Counted from the first letter of the stretch, positions 1 to 9,723 are shown. The stretch is 64,000 nucleotides of DNA from Kiritimatiellia bacterium (GCA_040767085.1 JAXGPF010000010.1:160001-224000); one strand, 5' to 3'. Translations and numbers: made by a program. Notes: generated by a model not told the origin, from the letters alone.

Positions 1-150
1 GAGCACGAAGGATGATGTCGGAAGAAGGGGAGATTTCACCACGAAAGACACGAAGGATGCCGGAAGCAGAGAAGCGTACACCACGAAGGACACGAAGATC
101 ACGAAGGATGACAAGGGGAAAAGGGGAGATTTCACCACGAAGGACACGAG
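1..150 (+). repeat. Upstream array of CACCACGAAGGACACGAAG(AKCACGAAG) repeats
   Basis: Copies at 1-10 (partial), 35-55, 79-106 and 131-150. AAGGGGAGATTTCACCACGAA occurs at both 25-45 and 121-141. Confidence 0.9.
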
Positions 151-152
151 GA

Positions 153-524
153 ATGAAATTCGATGAATTGTCGAATCGGGTGATTGGTTGCGCAATTGAG
201 GTGCATCGGGTGCTTGGACCGGGGCTGCTCGAATCCACATATGAGCAATGCCTGGCGCATGAGCTGAAACTGAACGGCATTGCCTTCCATCTTCAGCACC
301 CGCTGCCGGTCGAATACAAGGGCGTCCGTTTGGACTGCGGCTACCGTGTTGATGTTCTGGTGGAGAACGCGCTGATCCTGGAGTTGAAGAGTGTCGAGGA
401 AATTAAGGGTATATATGAGGCGCAATTACTGACATACATGAAGCTGGCCGGAGTAAAGACTGGTTTGCTGATCAACTTCAACATCACAATGCTCAAGGCT
501 GGCATCAAGCGTTTTGTTCTTTAA
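153..524 (+). CDS. GxxExxY protein (PD-(D/E)XK nuclease superfamily)
   Basis: GPGLLESTY signature, RVDVLVENALILELK (D...ExK) and QLLTYMKL..GLLINF. True start is ATG 153; the ORF extension to 12 is repeat-encoded. Confidence 0.93.
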   Translation: MKFDELSNRVIGCAIEVHRVLGPGLLESTYEQCLAHELKLNGIAFHLQHPLPVEYKGVRLDCGYRVDVLVENALILELKSVEEIKGIYEAQLLTYMKLAGVKTGLLINFNITMLKAGIKRFVL

Positions 525-526
525 CC

Positions 527-680
527 CTTCGTGCTCTTCGTGTCCTTCGTGGTGAAATAAAAACAAATAAAACTTCGTGCTCTTCGTGTCCTTCGTGGTG
601 GATAAAAACAAATAAAACTTCGTGCTCTTCGTGTCCTTCGTGGTGAATAAAAATACTATGTGCTCTTCGTGGTGAATAAA
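527..680 (-). repeat. Downstream tandem array (45-46 bp period) of the same repeat in inverted orientation
   Basis: CTTCGTGCTCTTCGTGTCCTTCGTGGTG at 527-554, 573-600 and 618-645, partial at 660-674, separated by near-identical A-rich linkers. Confidence 0.95.
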
Positions 681-691
681 CAGGAGTTAAC

Positions 692-2350
692 ATGCTGTTC
701 AAACTGAATGCGGCCAAGCGGAAATGGGTGGATAATGCCTTCTCGAAAATGAGCGTGGCGGAAAAACTCGGGCAGATGGTCTGTGAGCGCGCCAAGACGC
801 TGTTTGACGGCGGCGCTTCGCCGGATTATATGGCAAAATATCCCATCGGCAGCGCCTTTGTCGGCGCGGAAATCATTGACCAGACCAGCGACAGCATTAC
901 GGATGTCAGGGAGAAGTGCGCAAAACTGCGCGCCATAACGCGCCCGGAACAGGCGCTGCTGCTTTGCGGCGATTTTGAACATGGCGCGGGCTGTGTGATC
1001 AGCAGTCTGACCCGTTTCCCGAATCCCATGGCACTGGGCGCAGCCAACGACCCGGCCTTGGCATATGCCGAGGGCGAAGCGATTGCCGTGGAGGCCTGCG
1101 GGCTGGGCGTACGCTGGGCCTTCGCGCCGGTGGCGGATTTGAACTTGAACATCAACAACCAACCGACCAACCACCGCGCTTTCGGCGACGATCCGGAGCA
1201 TGCCCTGCCGCTCTTAAAGGCCTATATCCGCGGCATGCAGGACCATGATTTCGCCGCCTGCGCCAAGCATTTTCCCGGCGATGGCACAGATGACCGCAAC
1301 CAGCATAACGTGACCTCGCTCAATACGCTGGCCATGCCGGACTGGCACAGGCTGCATGGGCGCGTCTTTAAGGAATTGATTGACGATGGGGTGCTTTCGA
1401 TCATGATCGGACATATCGGCTTGCCCGCTTACGAACCGGCGGATGCGCGCGGCATGTTCCGCCCCGCCACCGCCAGCCGCCGGCTGATGACGGATTTGCT
1501 CCGGGGCGAACTGGGATTCGAGGGGATCATTGTCACCGACGCCCTGAGCATGTGCGGGTTCTGCAGCTTTGCCGATTATGAGCAGCGCATGCTCGATTGT
1601 TTTAACGGCGGCGCGGATGTCTTCCTTTGGCCCGACCCCCCCCGGTTTTTCGAACTGATGCTGAAGGCGTTGGCGGATGGCCGGGCTGCGCTGGAACGCC
1701 TGGACGAATCGGCGCGCCGGGTACTGGAGTTCAAGGCGCACCTGGGCGTGGACGAAAACCGCATCCCGCCGCCGGTATCCGCGGACACCGTGGCGCGTTA
1801 CCGCGCCGCGGCCGACCGGATTGGCGAAAAATCCATCACCTTGCTGCGCAATCGCAACGATCTGGTCCCCTTAAAAGTCAAGCCGGGCGACAAGGTCTTG
1901 TTTTTAAAGTCCGAACACATGCCCGACCGGATGAAGACCGAGCGGTTTGCGGTGTTCTTCAAGGCCTTTACAACGCGCGGGGTGGAAATTACGGTGGATA
2001 AATTCGAGAAATTCGGCGATTACCGGGAGCGGTTGGACCAATATTCCCTGGTGGTGTTGATGGAGCATGTGACCACGATGAACGCCAATGGCTGCATCCG
2101 CGCGCTGGGGCCGATCTGGCCGTTCATGGCGCATCCGTTCGAGCGTAAAATCTGCGTCTCTTTCGGCACACCATACTTCCTGCATGATGTGGCGTCCGCC
2201 GATACATATATTAATGCTTATTGCAACAGCGACGCCACCCAAGCCGCCCTGGGCCGGGCGCTCTTCGGCGAAATCCCCTTCGTTGGGACCAGTCCGGTGG
2301 ATTGCGGGTTTGAATTCAAACGCGGGGATGGGCTGACAATCAAAGCTTAG
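692..2350 (+). CDS. Glycoside hydrolase family 3 (beta-N-acetylhexosaminidase-like)
   Basis: FAPVADL, KHFPGDG..DDRNQH and LLRGELGFEGIIVTDAL motifs; RBS CAGGAG. Confidence 0.9.
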   Translation: MLFKLNAAKRKWVDNAFSKMSVAEKLGQMVCERAKTLFDGGASPDYMAKYPIGSAFVGAEIIDQTSDSITDVREKCAKLRAITRPEQALLLCGDFEHGAGCVISSLTRFPNPMALGAANDPALAYAEGEAIAVEACGLGVRWAFAPVADLNLNINNQPTNHRAFGDDPEHALPLLKAYIRGMQDHDFAACAKHFPGDGTDDRNQHNVTSLNTLAMPDWHRLHGRVFKELIDDGVLSIMIGHIGLPAYEPADARGMFRPATASRRLMTDLLRGELGFEGIIVTDALSMCGFCSFADYEQRMLDCFNGGADVFLWPDPPRFFELMLKALADGRAALERLDESARRVLEFKAHLGVDENRIPPPVSADTVARYRAAADRIGEKSITLLRNRNDLVPLKVKPGDKVLFLKSEHMPDRMKTERFAVFFKAFTTRGVEITVDKFEKFGDYRERLDQYSLVVLMEHVTTMNANGCIRALGPIWPFMAHPFERKICVSFGTPYFLHDVASADTYINAYCNSDATQAALGRALFGEIPFVGTSPVDCGFEFKRGDGLTIKA

Positions 2351-2439
2351 TGACTTATTTTACAGTTGCTGCCAAAAAACACGAAAATTAATATTGCTAA
2401 ATGTAACGGCTGCAACGGAAAATAAGACACAGTGAAGGT

Positions 2440-2569
2440 TAAAGTGCAAGCTACAAGCTTGTCCAGTGGCAACTGGATGCAGTTAGCCCGCAAGCGGGAA
2501 GGATCTGATATCGTGAGCTTATTCCGTGCCAAAATACATCCAGTTGCTACTGGACAAGCCTGCACTTTA
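2440..2569. repeat. REP doublet / REPIN-like long inverted repeat
   Basis: TAAAGTGCAAGC(TACAAGC)TTGTCCAGTGGCAACTGGATGCA is inverted against TACATCCAGTTGCTACTGGACAAGCCTGCACTTTA. Each arm has its own TCCAGT-N4-ACTGGA hairpin. Confidence 0.8.
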
Positions 2570-2744
2570 GACCATGCCAAAAAGCGTGGCAAGCTTGTGA
2601 CTTTCGAAGGCGACCGGAGGCCACTTTGGCTGCGGCTGCCATAGCTTTGGTGCCGGCAGATTGTGGCCGCAGGCCGCCTTGTATTATTAACACCCGAATA
2701 TTGCGCTTGCAGCGCGCAAAATTCAGACATCTGAGAGGAGCGCT

Positions 2745-3554
2745 GTGCGACAAGCAACATTTAAAAAATCGCAGTTGCTCTGTTTCTGGATGGCTGCCTT
2801 TGGTTTGACGGGATTACAGGCCGAGGATTTAAAAACACAAAACAAAACAGACAGTTCAGCCGGCCCCGGCGCCGGGCAAGTCGTGGAAGCCGAACTGCAT
2901 GAGGATGTCACCGAGGCCTTTGCCAACCCCAAATCGGCGGGAAGCCTGCCCCGGGTGCTGATCGTCGGGGATTCCATCTCCATCGGCTATACCGAGCCGG
3001 TACGTAAGAATCTCAAGGGCATTGCGGACGTGTTCCGCCCTTCCGGGAACTGCCAGGATACCGGCGTCGGGTTGGCGCAAATCAGGAATTGGCTCGGGAC
3101 AAGCCAATGGGAGGTGATCCACTTCAATTTCGGCATCTGGGACACGCATTTCCTCGATGCGCAGGGCGCCCTGGTGCGTGGCGAGGACAAGCCCGGTTTT
3201 GAAGAAAGAATGGCAAGGGCCGGCATCCGGTTGCGTCATCCTCCGGAACAGTATCGGGCGAATTTGATACAAATCGTGGAAATTCTCAAAGGTACCGGAG
3301 CCAGACTTATCTGGGCCAGTTCCACCCCGGTCATGCACCGAAAGGGCGAACGGCTGGAAGCCATCCCGACGCTTAACCGGGTTGCCGCCGAAGTCATGCA
3401 ATCCCAAGGCGTGGCCATTGATGATTTATACGCATTTGTCATGCCGCATGTCAAGGAATGGCAGAGCGCGGATCAAGCCCACTTCACTGATGAAGGTTAT
3501 CGGCAGCTCGCCGGGCAGGTGTCCGACTGCATCAAGAAGCAATTGTCCCGGTAA
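2745..3554 (+). CDS. SGNH/GDSL hydrolase family protein, probably exported
   Basis: VLIVGDSIS (block I), FNFGIWD (block III), DQAHF (block V); signal-peptide-like N-terminus. Confidence 0.88.
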   Translation: MRQATFKKSQLLCFWMAAFGLTGLQAEDLKTQNKTDSSAGPGAGQVVEAELHEDVTEAFANPKSAGSLPRVLIVGDSISIGYTEPVRKNLKGIADVFRPSGNCQDTGVGLAQIRNWLGTSQWEVIHFNFGIWDTHFLDAQGALVRGEDKPGFEERMARAGIRLRHPPEQYRANLIQIVEILKGTGARLIWASSTPVMHRKGERLEAIPTLNRVAAEVMQSQGVAIDDLYAFVMPHVKEWQSADQAHFTDEGYRQLAGQVSDCIKKQLSR

Positions 3555-3784
3555 TGGTTGTCGGTCCAAGAGTGTAATAACAAATGGGAGGTGCGGATGG
3601 CGATATCTGCCTGACTGCGCCTGAAACCACGAATAACTAGTCCGATCCGGACAAAACCCGACCCGGACAAAACCGGGCAAAAAATCAGAACAGTTACCCG
3701 GAAACAGTCTCCGGCGCTTGCAAGCCAGGAATACTTGACTTTGCAAGCACATCAAATTATTGTTAAAAATAATTTGCAATAACA

Positions 3785-4894
3785 ATGATCACTGCTTTGG
3801 ATATGAGACAAATTTGCTCAAAATACTTGTTCCTGTTTTTAGGCGGAGTCATGTTTCTGCCTCAGAGCGCGCAGGCTGCCTGGCTGGAAGGATTTGCATG
3901 CCGCCGTCAGATAATCATTGATTCATCCAGGATAGACGCGGATTTGTCGAATTTTTCAGTGTTGGTCCGGCTTGCAACCAATAATTTCAATTTTGCCAGG
4001 GCCATGACCAACGGTTTCGACCTGCGGTTTACCGGCGCCGATACCACAACGCTGCTGGCATATGAGCGGGAACGGCATGATGCCGTCGCGGAGTCGGCGG
4101 AATACTGGGTGAAAATTCCATTGATCAGCAGCAACGCGGACACGGTAATTTACTTGTATTACAACAACTCTGGTGCAAGCGACGGCGCAGATCCGGCCAA
4201 TGTGTGGGACGCGGATTTCGATGCCGTCTGGCATAAAAACGATTTGACGGAAACGACGATTGGCGACAGTACGGTTAATGGGTATGTCGGCAATAAGCGC
4301 GCCAATAACGCGCCCGCCGAAACGGCCGGCAAAATAGGGCTGGCCCAATCCTACAACGCCGCGAACACAAGTTACATTGATACCGGCTATTCCAATAACT
4401 TGAGCGGCAATGGCGATTTTACCGCCAGCGCCTGGGTGAAATACACCGGCAATGTGTCTTATGCCGTGGGCCAGGCCCGTGCCATGGAACCATATGCGTC
4501 TGACTGGTTTTTCCCTTTCGGTTCCACATGCATATTTTGGATGCGGTCCAAAACACTCGGCAGTGTAGCCACGATTAATAACGACCTCTGGCATTATCTC
4601 GCCTTGACCTGGGATCAATCCGCCGCCCGATTTATCGGATATGTGGATGGAAATAATATCGGAACATCCGATGTGGTCGCCGGCTTTGGAGGAATTGGCA
4701 GTGTGAAAATTGGCGCGCGGCCGGACTTGACTACCACCTTTTATTCCGGATCCATTGATGAAGTCAGGATTTCCCTGGTTGCCCGTCCGGCGGCTTGGGT
4801 CAAGGCCGAATATCATACCGGGAATGATTCGCTCCTGACTGTTGGTCTGGAGCAATCCGCCCCGTGTAAAGGCTTGATTGTAAAGGTACGGTAA
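3785..4894 (+). CDS. Secreted DUF2341 + LamG/concanavalin-like domain protein
   Basis: Signal peptide, DLRFT..LAYERE..YWVKIP..IYLYY (DUF2341-like) and WHYLALTWD..GSIDEVRIS (LamG-like). Confidence 0.8.
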   Translation: MITALDMRQICSKYLFLFLGGVMFLPQSAQAAWLEGFACRRQIIIDSSRIDADLSNFSVLVRLATNNFNFARAMTNGFDLRFTGADTTTLLAYERERHDAVAESAEYWVKIPLISSNADTVIYLYYNNSGASDGADPANVWDADFDAVWHKNDLTETTIGDSTVNGYVGNKRANNAPAETAGKIGLAQSYNAANTSYIDTGYSNNLSGNGDFTASAWVKYTGNVSYAVGQARAMEPYASDWFFPFGSTCIFWMRSKTLGSVATINNDLWHYLALTWDQSAARFIGYVDGNNIGTSDVVAGFGGIGSVKIGARPDLTTTFYSGSIDEVRISLVARPAAWVKAEYHTGNDSLLTVGLEQSAPCKGLIVKVR

Positions 4895-4934
4895 ATCAGC
4901 CAGTCAACATTCCTATGCTAACGGATTTTTCAGC

Positions 4935-7379
4935 ATGCCAGCCGGAAGTAAATATCTTTTAAAAAACAAACTGGCATTGCTGCCCATTCCCCAACGCCTG
5001 CGCCTGGATGCCGGCCGTTTCAGCATGCCGGCCAGACCGACGCTGGGGATTTCTGACGCGCGCTTGTATCCGCTGGCCCGCCGGATGGGTCAAGCGCTCG
5101 GCGCAACCGGGATAAATATCGCCACCCCGGCCTGTCGCGATGCGATTACATTGCTTTTGGCTGAGCGGATGAAGCCGGATGCATATCAATTGCGGATAAG
5201 TTCAAAGGGCATTCAAATCCATGCCGGTTCCGTCCGCGCCGCTTTTTACGGCTGGCAGACGCTCCGCCAGGTTCTGGCGCAGGCAGATGATAAAAAAGTT
5301 CCATGTCTGACGATAGACGATTGGCCGGCGCTACCGGTGCGCGGCGTATATCTGGACATTGCCCGCGGACGGGTGCCGACCCTGGTGGCCTTGAAGCGCA
5401 TGGCGGACATCCTGGCGCGTCACAAAATCAACCAACTTTCTCTCTATATGCAGCATACCTTCCGGTTTCGTGCGCATCCGGCGATCGGGCGCAACGCTTC
5501 GCCCATGACGGCGGAGGATATTCTGGAACTGGACGCATATTGCCGGGAAAATTTTATCGAATTGGTGCCGTCGCTGGCGTCGTTCGGGCACATGGAGACG
5601 GTATTAAAACTTCCGCCTTACCGCCGGCTGGCGGAAGACTTTGGCCTGGGCTTGAAAGGTTATGTCACGCCGGACCCCAAGGCGCGGGAGTGGCTGGCCG
5701 CATGGTTCCGCAGTCAAAAATTCAAAGGCTTTACGCTCTCGCCGGCCAATCCCGCCGGATACAAATTCCTCGATTCGTTGTATGCGGAATTGCTGCCGCT
5801 GTTCAGCGCCGGGCATTTCAACGTCTGCTGCGATGAGACGGTGGATTTAGGGTACGGCCAGAGTTATCAACTGTGCCGGCGCATAGGGAAAGGCCGTGTC
5901 TATATTGACCATCTTTTGAAACTGCATGCCCTATGCGGGAAACACGGCAAGCGGATGATGTGCTGGGGCGATATTCTCCGGCATTATCCGGAATTGGCGG
6001 CCGGGTTGCCCAACGATATCACCATCCTGGATTGGGGGTATCATCCGGAGTATGCGTTCCCCGGCGTCGGGGACAACGCGCGACAGGGCCGGCCGGTGTA
6101 TGCCTGTCCCAGCACCCATTCATACGGTGGTTTGTTTCCGCGGCTGACAGTGGCCATGGCCAATATCTCATCCGCTGCGCGCGCGGCGCAGCAGGATGGA
6201 GGCACCGGGCTGCTGAATACCATCTGGGGCGATGGCGGCCATTTCCATCTGCCGGCTTGCGAATGGCACGGATTGCTCTTTGGCGCCGAACAATCCTGGA
6301 ATCCGGCGGCTGACGCGGCTGATTACCACGCGCGGTTTTGCCGGTTGTTCTTGCGCAGTTCCGACCGGCGTCTGCCGGTCGTTTTGAATGAACTGGGCGA
6401 AATCACCCAGATTGGCGGCCATGCTTTCTGGCCCAAAGTGTTTTTCGCGAACCCCAATCGCCGCGTTCCGGCCTATCCGCGGATTGACCGCATTTTTACC
6501 GGCGGACGTTGGCGGCGCTACAGCCGGCAAGTGGATGCCCCGTTGGGGGCGGCGGTGCTGGAACGCCTGGACGCTATCCGCGCCGATCTTGTCCGCGCGT
6601 CAACTTCGCCCGGCGCCGATCCGGAAAAAGTAATGCCGGCCTGGATTTTTGCCGTGGACACCCTCCGGCATGCGGCGCGTAAACTGGCGGTGATGGGATC
6701 AGGCGGCGAAAATACGCTGCGTGCCCGTCGGCGCCTGGCCGGGGAATTGTCCGGCTTAATGAACCGCCACCATCAGATGTGGATGGATGACAGCCGGCCG
6801 TCTGCATGGCGGAATCTCGCAAAAAGAGCCCGTCAGGCCGGCCGCTGTCTGACGGGGAAGGCCGACATCTTTGAGTTCAAGACGCGCATACCGCCTGGGT
6901 ATATCACCAGGTATTTTGTCAGCCGCCTGCAGTCTTATTCCGGCAAAATCCGTGCCCTGCCGTATCCCCCGGTTTTTGGCCAAGGCGCAGTGCGCGATTT
7001 TGCGACGACTTTGTGCGAAATTCCGGAGCTGGCGGAGGATTGGAAAGGCGCGCCCCGGCTGGTCTATTATCATGCTCGCCTCACATGTCTCAGGCCAATG
7101 CGGCTTGCCGTGGGACTTGGTTATGATGGTCCGGTCAAGGTATGGTTGGATCGCCAGCCTGTTTGGTGCGATCCCGGCGGCCGCGCCCCGGCCGGGACGG
7201 ATAAAGCGATCGTGCCGCTGGATTTGCATCCGGGCGCGCACACGCTGTGCGTTGCGCTGGATGCCAATCGCGGCCTGGCCACGGGCATCCGGGCGCGTCT
7301 CTGGCATCGGGATGCGCCTCAGGCGCCAGCCCGCGCGCATCCCCGGCCGCTCCCGCAATTCGATGCCGCGTTATCGTGA
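4935..7379 (+). CDS. Glycoside hydrolase family 20 (beta-N-acetylhexosaminidase-like) with C-terminal extra domain
   Basis: IDDWPALPVRGVYLDIARG, SFGH, FNVCCDET (catalytic DE) and WGDGGH. Confidence 0.88.
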   Translation: MPAGSKYLLKNKLALLPIPQRLRLDAGRFSMPARPTLGISDARLYPLARRMGQALGATGINIATPACRDAITLLLAERMKPDAYQLRISSKGIQIHAGSVRAAFYGWQTLRQVLAQADDKKVPCLTIDDWPALPVRGVYLDIARGRVPTLVALKRMADILARHKINQLSLYMQHTFRFRAHPAIGRNASPMTAEDILELDAYCRENFIELVPSLASFGHMETVLKLPPYRRLAEDFGLGLKGYVTPDPKAREWLAAWFRSQKFKGFTLSPANPAGYKFLDSLYAELLPLFSAGHFNVCCDETVDLGYGQSYQLCRRIGKGRVYIDHLLKLHALCGKHGKRMMCWGDILRHYPELAAGLPNDITILDWGYHPEYAFPGVGDNARQGRPVYACPSTHSYGGLFPRLTVAMANISSAARAAQQDGGTGLLNTIWGDGGHFHLPACEWHGLLFGAEQSWNPAADAADYHARFCRLFLRSSDRRLPVVLNELGEITQIGGHAFWPKVFFANPNRRVPAYPRIDRIFTGGRWRRYSRQVDAPLGAAVLERLDAIRADLVRASTSPGADPEKVMPAWIFAVDTLRHAARKLAVMGSGGENTLRARRRLAGELSGLMNRHHQMWMDDSRPSAWRNLAKRARQAGRCLTGKADIFEFKTRIPPGYITRYFVSRLQSYSGKIRALPYPPVFGQGAVRDFATTLCEIPELAEDWKGAPRLVYYHARLTCLRPMRLAVGLGYDGPVKVWLDRQPVWCDPGGRAPAGTDKAIVPLDLHPGAHTLCVALDANRGLATGIRARLWHRDAPQAPARAHPRPLPQFDAALS

Positions 7380-7409
7380 TTCGAACCGGGTGTCCTCAAA
7401 ACCATGGCA

Positions 7410-7593
7410 GAGGTTTTCAGAAGGTTAGGTGACGCCTCCCGCCTGCATTGAAATTTCGGTGGGCACGCCGGAGGAACCGTTCTTTTCCGGCGCTGCAACG
7501 CTGGCGGCTCGCTCCCGCGCCAGGCGGGACAAGCCGGCGGTTTACCCCGCTTTGAGCGGGGTCTCGTCCCACCCATCCATTCGGAACAACCTC
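7410..7593. repeat. MITE/BIME-like intergenic element with nested palindromes
   Basis: Imperfect terminal inverted repeats (GAGGTTTTCAGAA / TTCGGAACAACCTC) and internal hairpins (CCCGC-GCCAG-GCGGG, ACCCCGCT-TTG-AGCGGGGT), lying between convergent genes. Confidence 0.5.
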
Positions 7594-7651
7594 GGATTGC
7601 TGTCGCGGCACCGTGCAGAAGCGTTCCCCCGGTCTTGGTCGCTTCAGGCAA

Positions 7652-8722
7652 TTACTGGTCATTCAGATTTTCGCAACGCCGGCGCATTTCAGCGAAAGCC
7701 CGCCGGGACTCATCGTTGATTTCCTTGAATCCCATGGCAAACAGGAACCGCGTCCCGGCCGGCGCCGCGGCCAGCATGTCCAGCCCTTTCTGCACCGGAC
7801 CGCCGAGCATCAGCACGGAGCGGTCGGCAAAGGCATCCAACATGCGCCGCGGCACGGAAAAGTTCTGGGCCTTGGTGAAAACGCGGTTGAGTCCGCGCAA
7901 ATTCGGGAGCGTGCGCAAGAGGGGATATTGATGGTCGGCGTTGGCGCAGGAATGCATGAACAGCCCGTTGGCCGCCCGGCTCAAATCCCGCAAGCCCGGC
8001 ATGCCGAACCGTTCGAACATCTCCGGGTTGATGCTGCCGCATTCGTCCTCCGCCACGTAACAACCCAGGTCGCCCGGGGCATACCAGCGGGCATAACACA
8101 AGGTATTGATTGCCCCGACATGGCGGATGTAGGCGGGAATGAATGCGCAAAGCAGGCGCGTGCATTTGTCCACCAGTTCCGCTACCGCTGCCGGTTCCTC
8201 ATGCGTGGCGACAAAAAACTCCGATTTGTCCCAGATCAGCGCGGCAATGTCCAGCGGGCTCTGGATATCCGGCGGACTCAACGGCACGTCCGGCCCGAAT
8301 TCCGCGCGCAAGGCGTCCGCCATCTCGAACAGCCGCGCCAGGATGGGGGCAGAGCGGTGGTCCGGTTCCGGCAAGCGCGCGGCCTCGACGGCGGAATGCA
8401 CGATCGGGCGGGCGCAGGCGCTGCTGCCGGGGACTTTCTCCAGCGGGCAGCCGAAGGCCGCCGCAAAGACACCGGTATTGGTGAAAAGGTTGATGAACGG
8501 GACGGAATCGTCGTCAAACGCCTTTAACCATTCGCATTGCGCGGCATATTGCGCGCGAAACCAGGGAATCCAATCGCGCACCGGCCGGCTGGATATGGCA
8601 AAATCGCCCAGTTCGGCCGGGATGGGCGGATGGGCGACGGATACGGTCAATCCATGGCGTTTCGCCTTGCCGGTAAACAAATCCCGCATGAAATCCTGGT
8701 TGCGCTTTATATGTTTTTGCAT
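7652..8722 (-). CDS. Uroporphyrinogen decarboxylase (URO-D/MtaA-like) family protein
   Basis: PDIQSPLDIAALIW, EDECGSINPEMFERF and FMHSC motifs. Confidence 0.75.
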   Translation of the reverse strand: MQKHIKRNQDFMRDLFTGKAKRHGLTVSVAHPPIPAELGDFAISSRPVRDWIPWFRAQYAAQCEWLKAFDDDSVPFINLFTNTGVFAAAFGCPLEKVPGSSACARPIVHSAVEAARLPEPDHRSAPILARLFEMADALRAEFGPDVPLSPPDIQSPLDIAALIWDKSEFFVATHEEPAAVAELVDKCTRLLCAFIPAYIRHVGAINTLCYARWYAPGDLGCYVAEDECGSINPEMFERFGMPGLRDLSRAANGLFMHSCANADHQYPLLRTLPNLRGLNRVFTKAQNFSVPRRMLDAFADRSVLMLGGPVQKGLDMLAAAPAGTRFLFAMGFKEINDESRRAFAEMRRRCENLNDQ

Positions 8723-8834
8723 GGCATGTCCTGAATAAACATTGACCTGTCAAATGCAGGCATCGTAATATAAACCTCGATAAAAGGTAAATAGCACAAT
8801 TCAACATAAACATGTCATATCTGAACACTGATTG

Positions 8835-9704
8835 ATGAATTATTTTGATGATATAAAAATAATTGCCGGGCGGCACCTGGCCGGCTGCTGCGTGCATGTC
8901 AGAAGTTATTTCCCGCTTTTTTACACTGTTGAATATCTCCATGCCGGCCGGATGTACTGGCGGGTGGACGGCGGGAATCGGATCATCCTGGATCGACCGG
9001 CAGTATTCTGGCACCGCCCGGGCGTGCTCTACGAATACGGGCCGGCGGACGCGGCCGGTTGGGATCATTATTACCTCGTGCTGCGCGGCGCGCGGGCGCG
9101 GCGTCTGGTGGCCGACGGATTTTCAATATTATCCCGCGATGGGTATGTTTTTGCCGCTCAGCCGGCCATCATCCGGGAAATGTTCATGCAACTGATTGCC
9201 ATGGCGCATCAGCTCACGGCGGCCACGCGGGCGGAGGCGGTGATCATGCTGGAGCGGATTTTGCAATTAACTGCTTTCGTTCCCGCCTCCGGCGTGCTTG
9301 GCGCTTACGGTCGGAAAATCATGGAACTGGCCGAACGTATGCGGCGGCAGCCGTTCGCCGTCTATAGCCCCGATGTCCTGGCGCGGGACTTGCATGTCTG
9401 CCTCGGGCATTTCCGGCGATTGTTCCGCCGCCATGCCGGCCGGAGTTTTCACAATTACCTGCTGCACTGCCGGATGCGGCAGGCGGCCGTCTGGCTGGAG
9501 ACGGAAGGGCTGGCAGTGAAAGCGGCAGCCGATCGCGCCGGGTGTGCCGACCAGGCGCAGTTTTCCAAGCTGTTTAAAAAACAGATCGGATTGTCGCCCA
9601 AGCAATACCGGCAGGATGTTTTGATGGGAGCGCCAGGATATGCCGGCCGGCGCGCTGAATCATGCATGCGCGAAATTCGGCAAAACAAAGGCTTGCATGC
9701 CTAG
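8835..9704 (+). CDS. AraC family transcriptional regulator
   Basis: C-terminal double HTH (HFRRLF...FSKLFKKQIGLSPKQYR); divergent from the URO-D gene. Confidence 0.92.
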   Translation: MNYFDDIKIIAGRHLAGCCVHVRSYFPLFYTVEYLHAGRMYWRVDGGNRIILDRPAVFWHRPGVLYEYGPADAAGWDHYYLVLRGARARRLVADGFSILSRDGYVFAAQPAIIREMFMQLIAMAHQLTAATRAEAVIMLERILQLTAFVPASGVLGAYGRKIMELAERMRRQPFAVYSPDVLARDLHVCLGHFRRLFRRHAGRSFHNYLLHCRMRQAAVWLETEGLAVKAAADRAGCADQAQFSKLFKKQIGLSPKQYRQDVLMGAPGYAGRRAESCMREIRQNKGLHA

Positions 9705-9723
9705 GAACCCTATGCTATAGGGT
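9693..9723 (+). promoter_or_regulatory. Probable padR promoter with overlapping palindromic operator
   Basis: TTGCAT-17bp-TATAGG; perfect inverted repeat ACCCTAT-GCT-ATAGGGT (9707-9723) over the -10 box. Confidence 0.5.

Noticed and set aside
12-152. N-terminal extension of the GxxExxY ORF, and small ORFs 426-611 and 505-795
   Set aside because: They are translations of the repeat arrays (RRTRR and HHEGHEEHE patterns).
527-680. Possible CRISPR array (28-bp repeats)
   Set aside because: The spacers are only 15-18 bp and nearly identical, there are no cas genes, and inverted copies lie on the other side of the gene.
3640-3685. CCGGACAAAACC short repeats
   Set aside because: Only two to three short copies with no recognisable structure; they could be an operator, but this cannot be supported.
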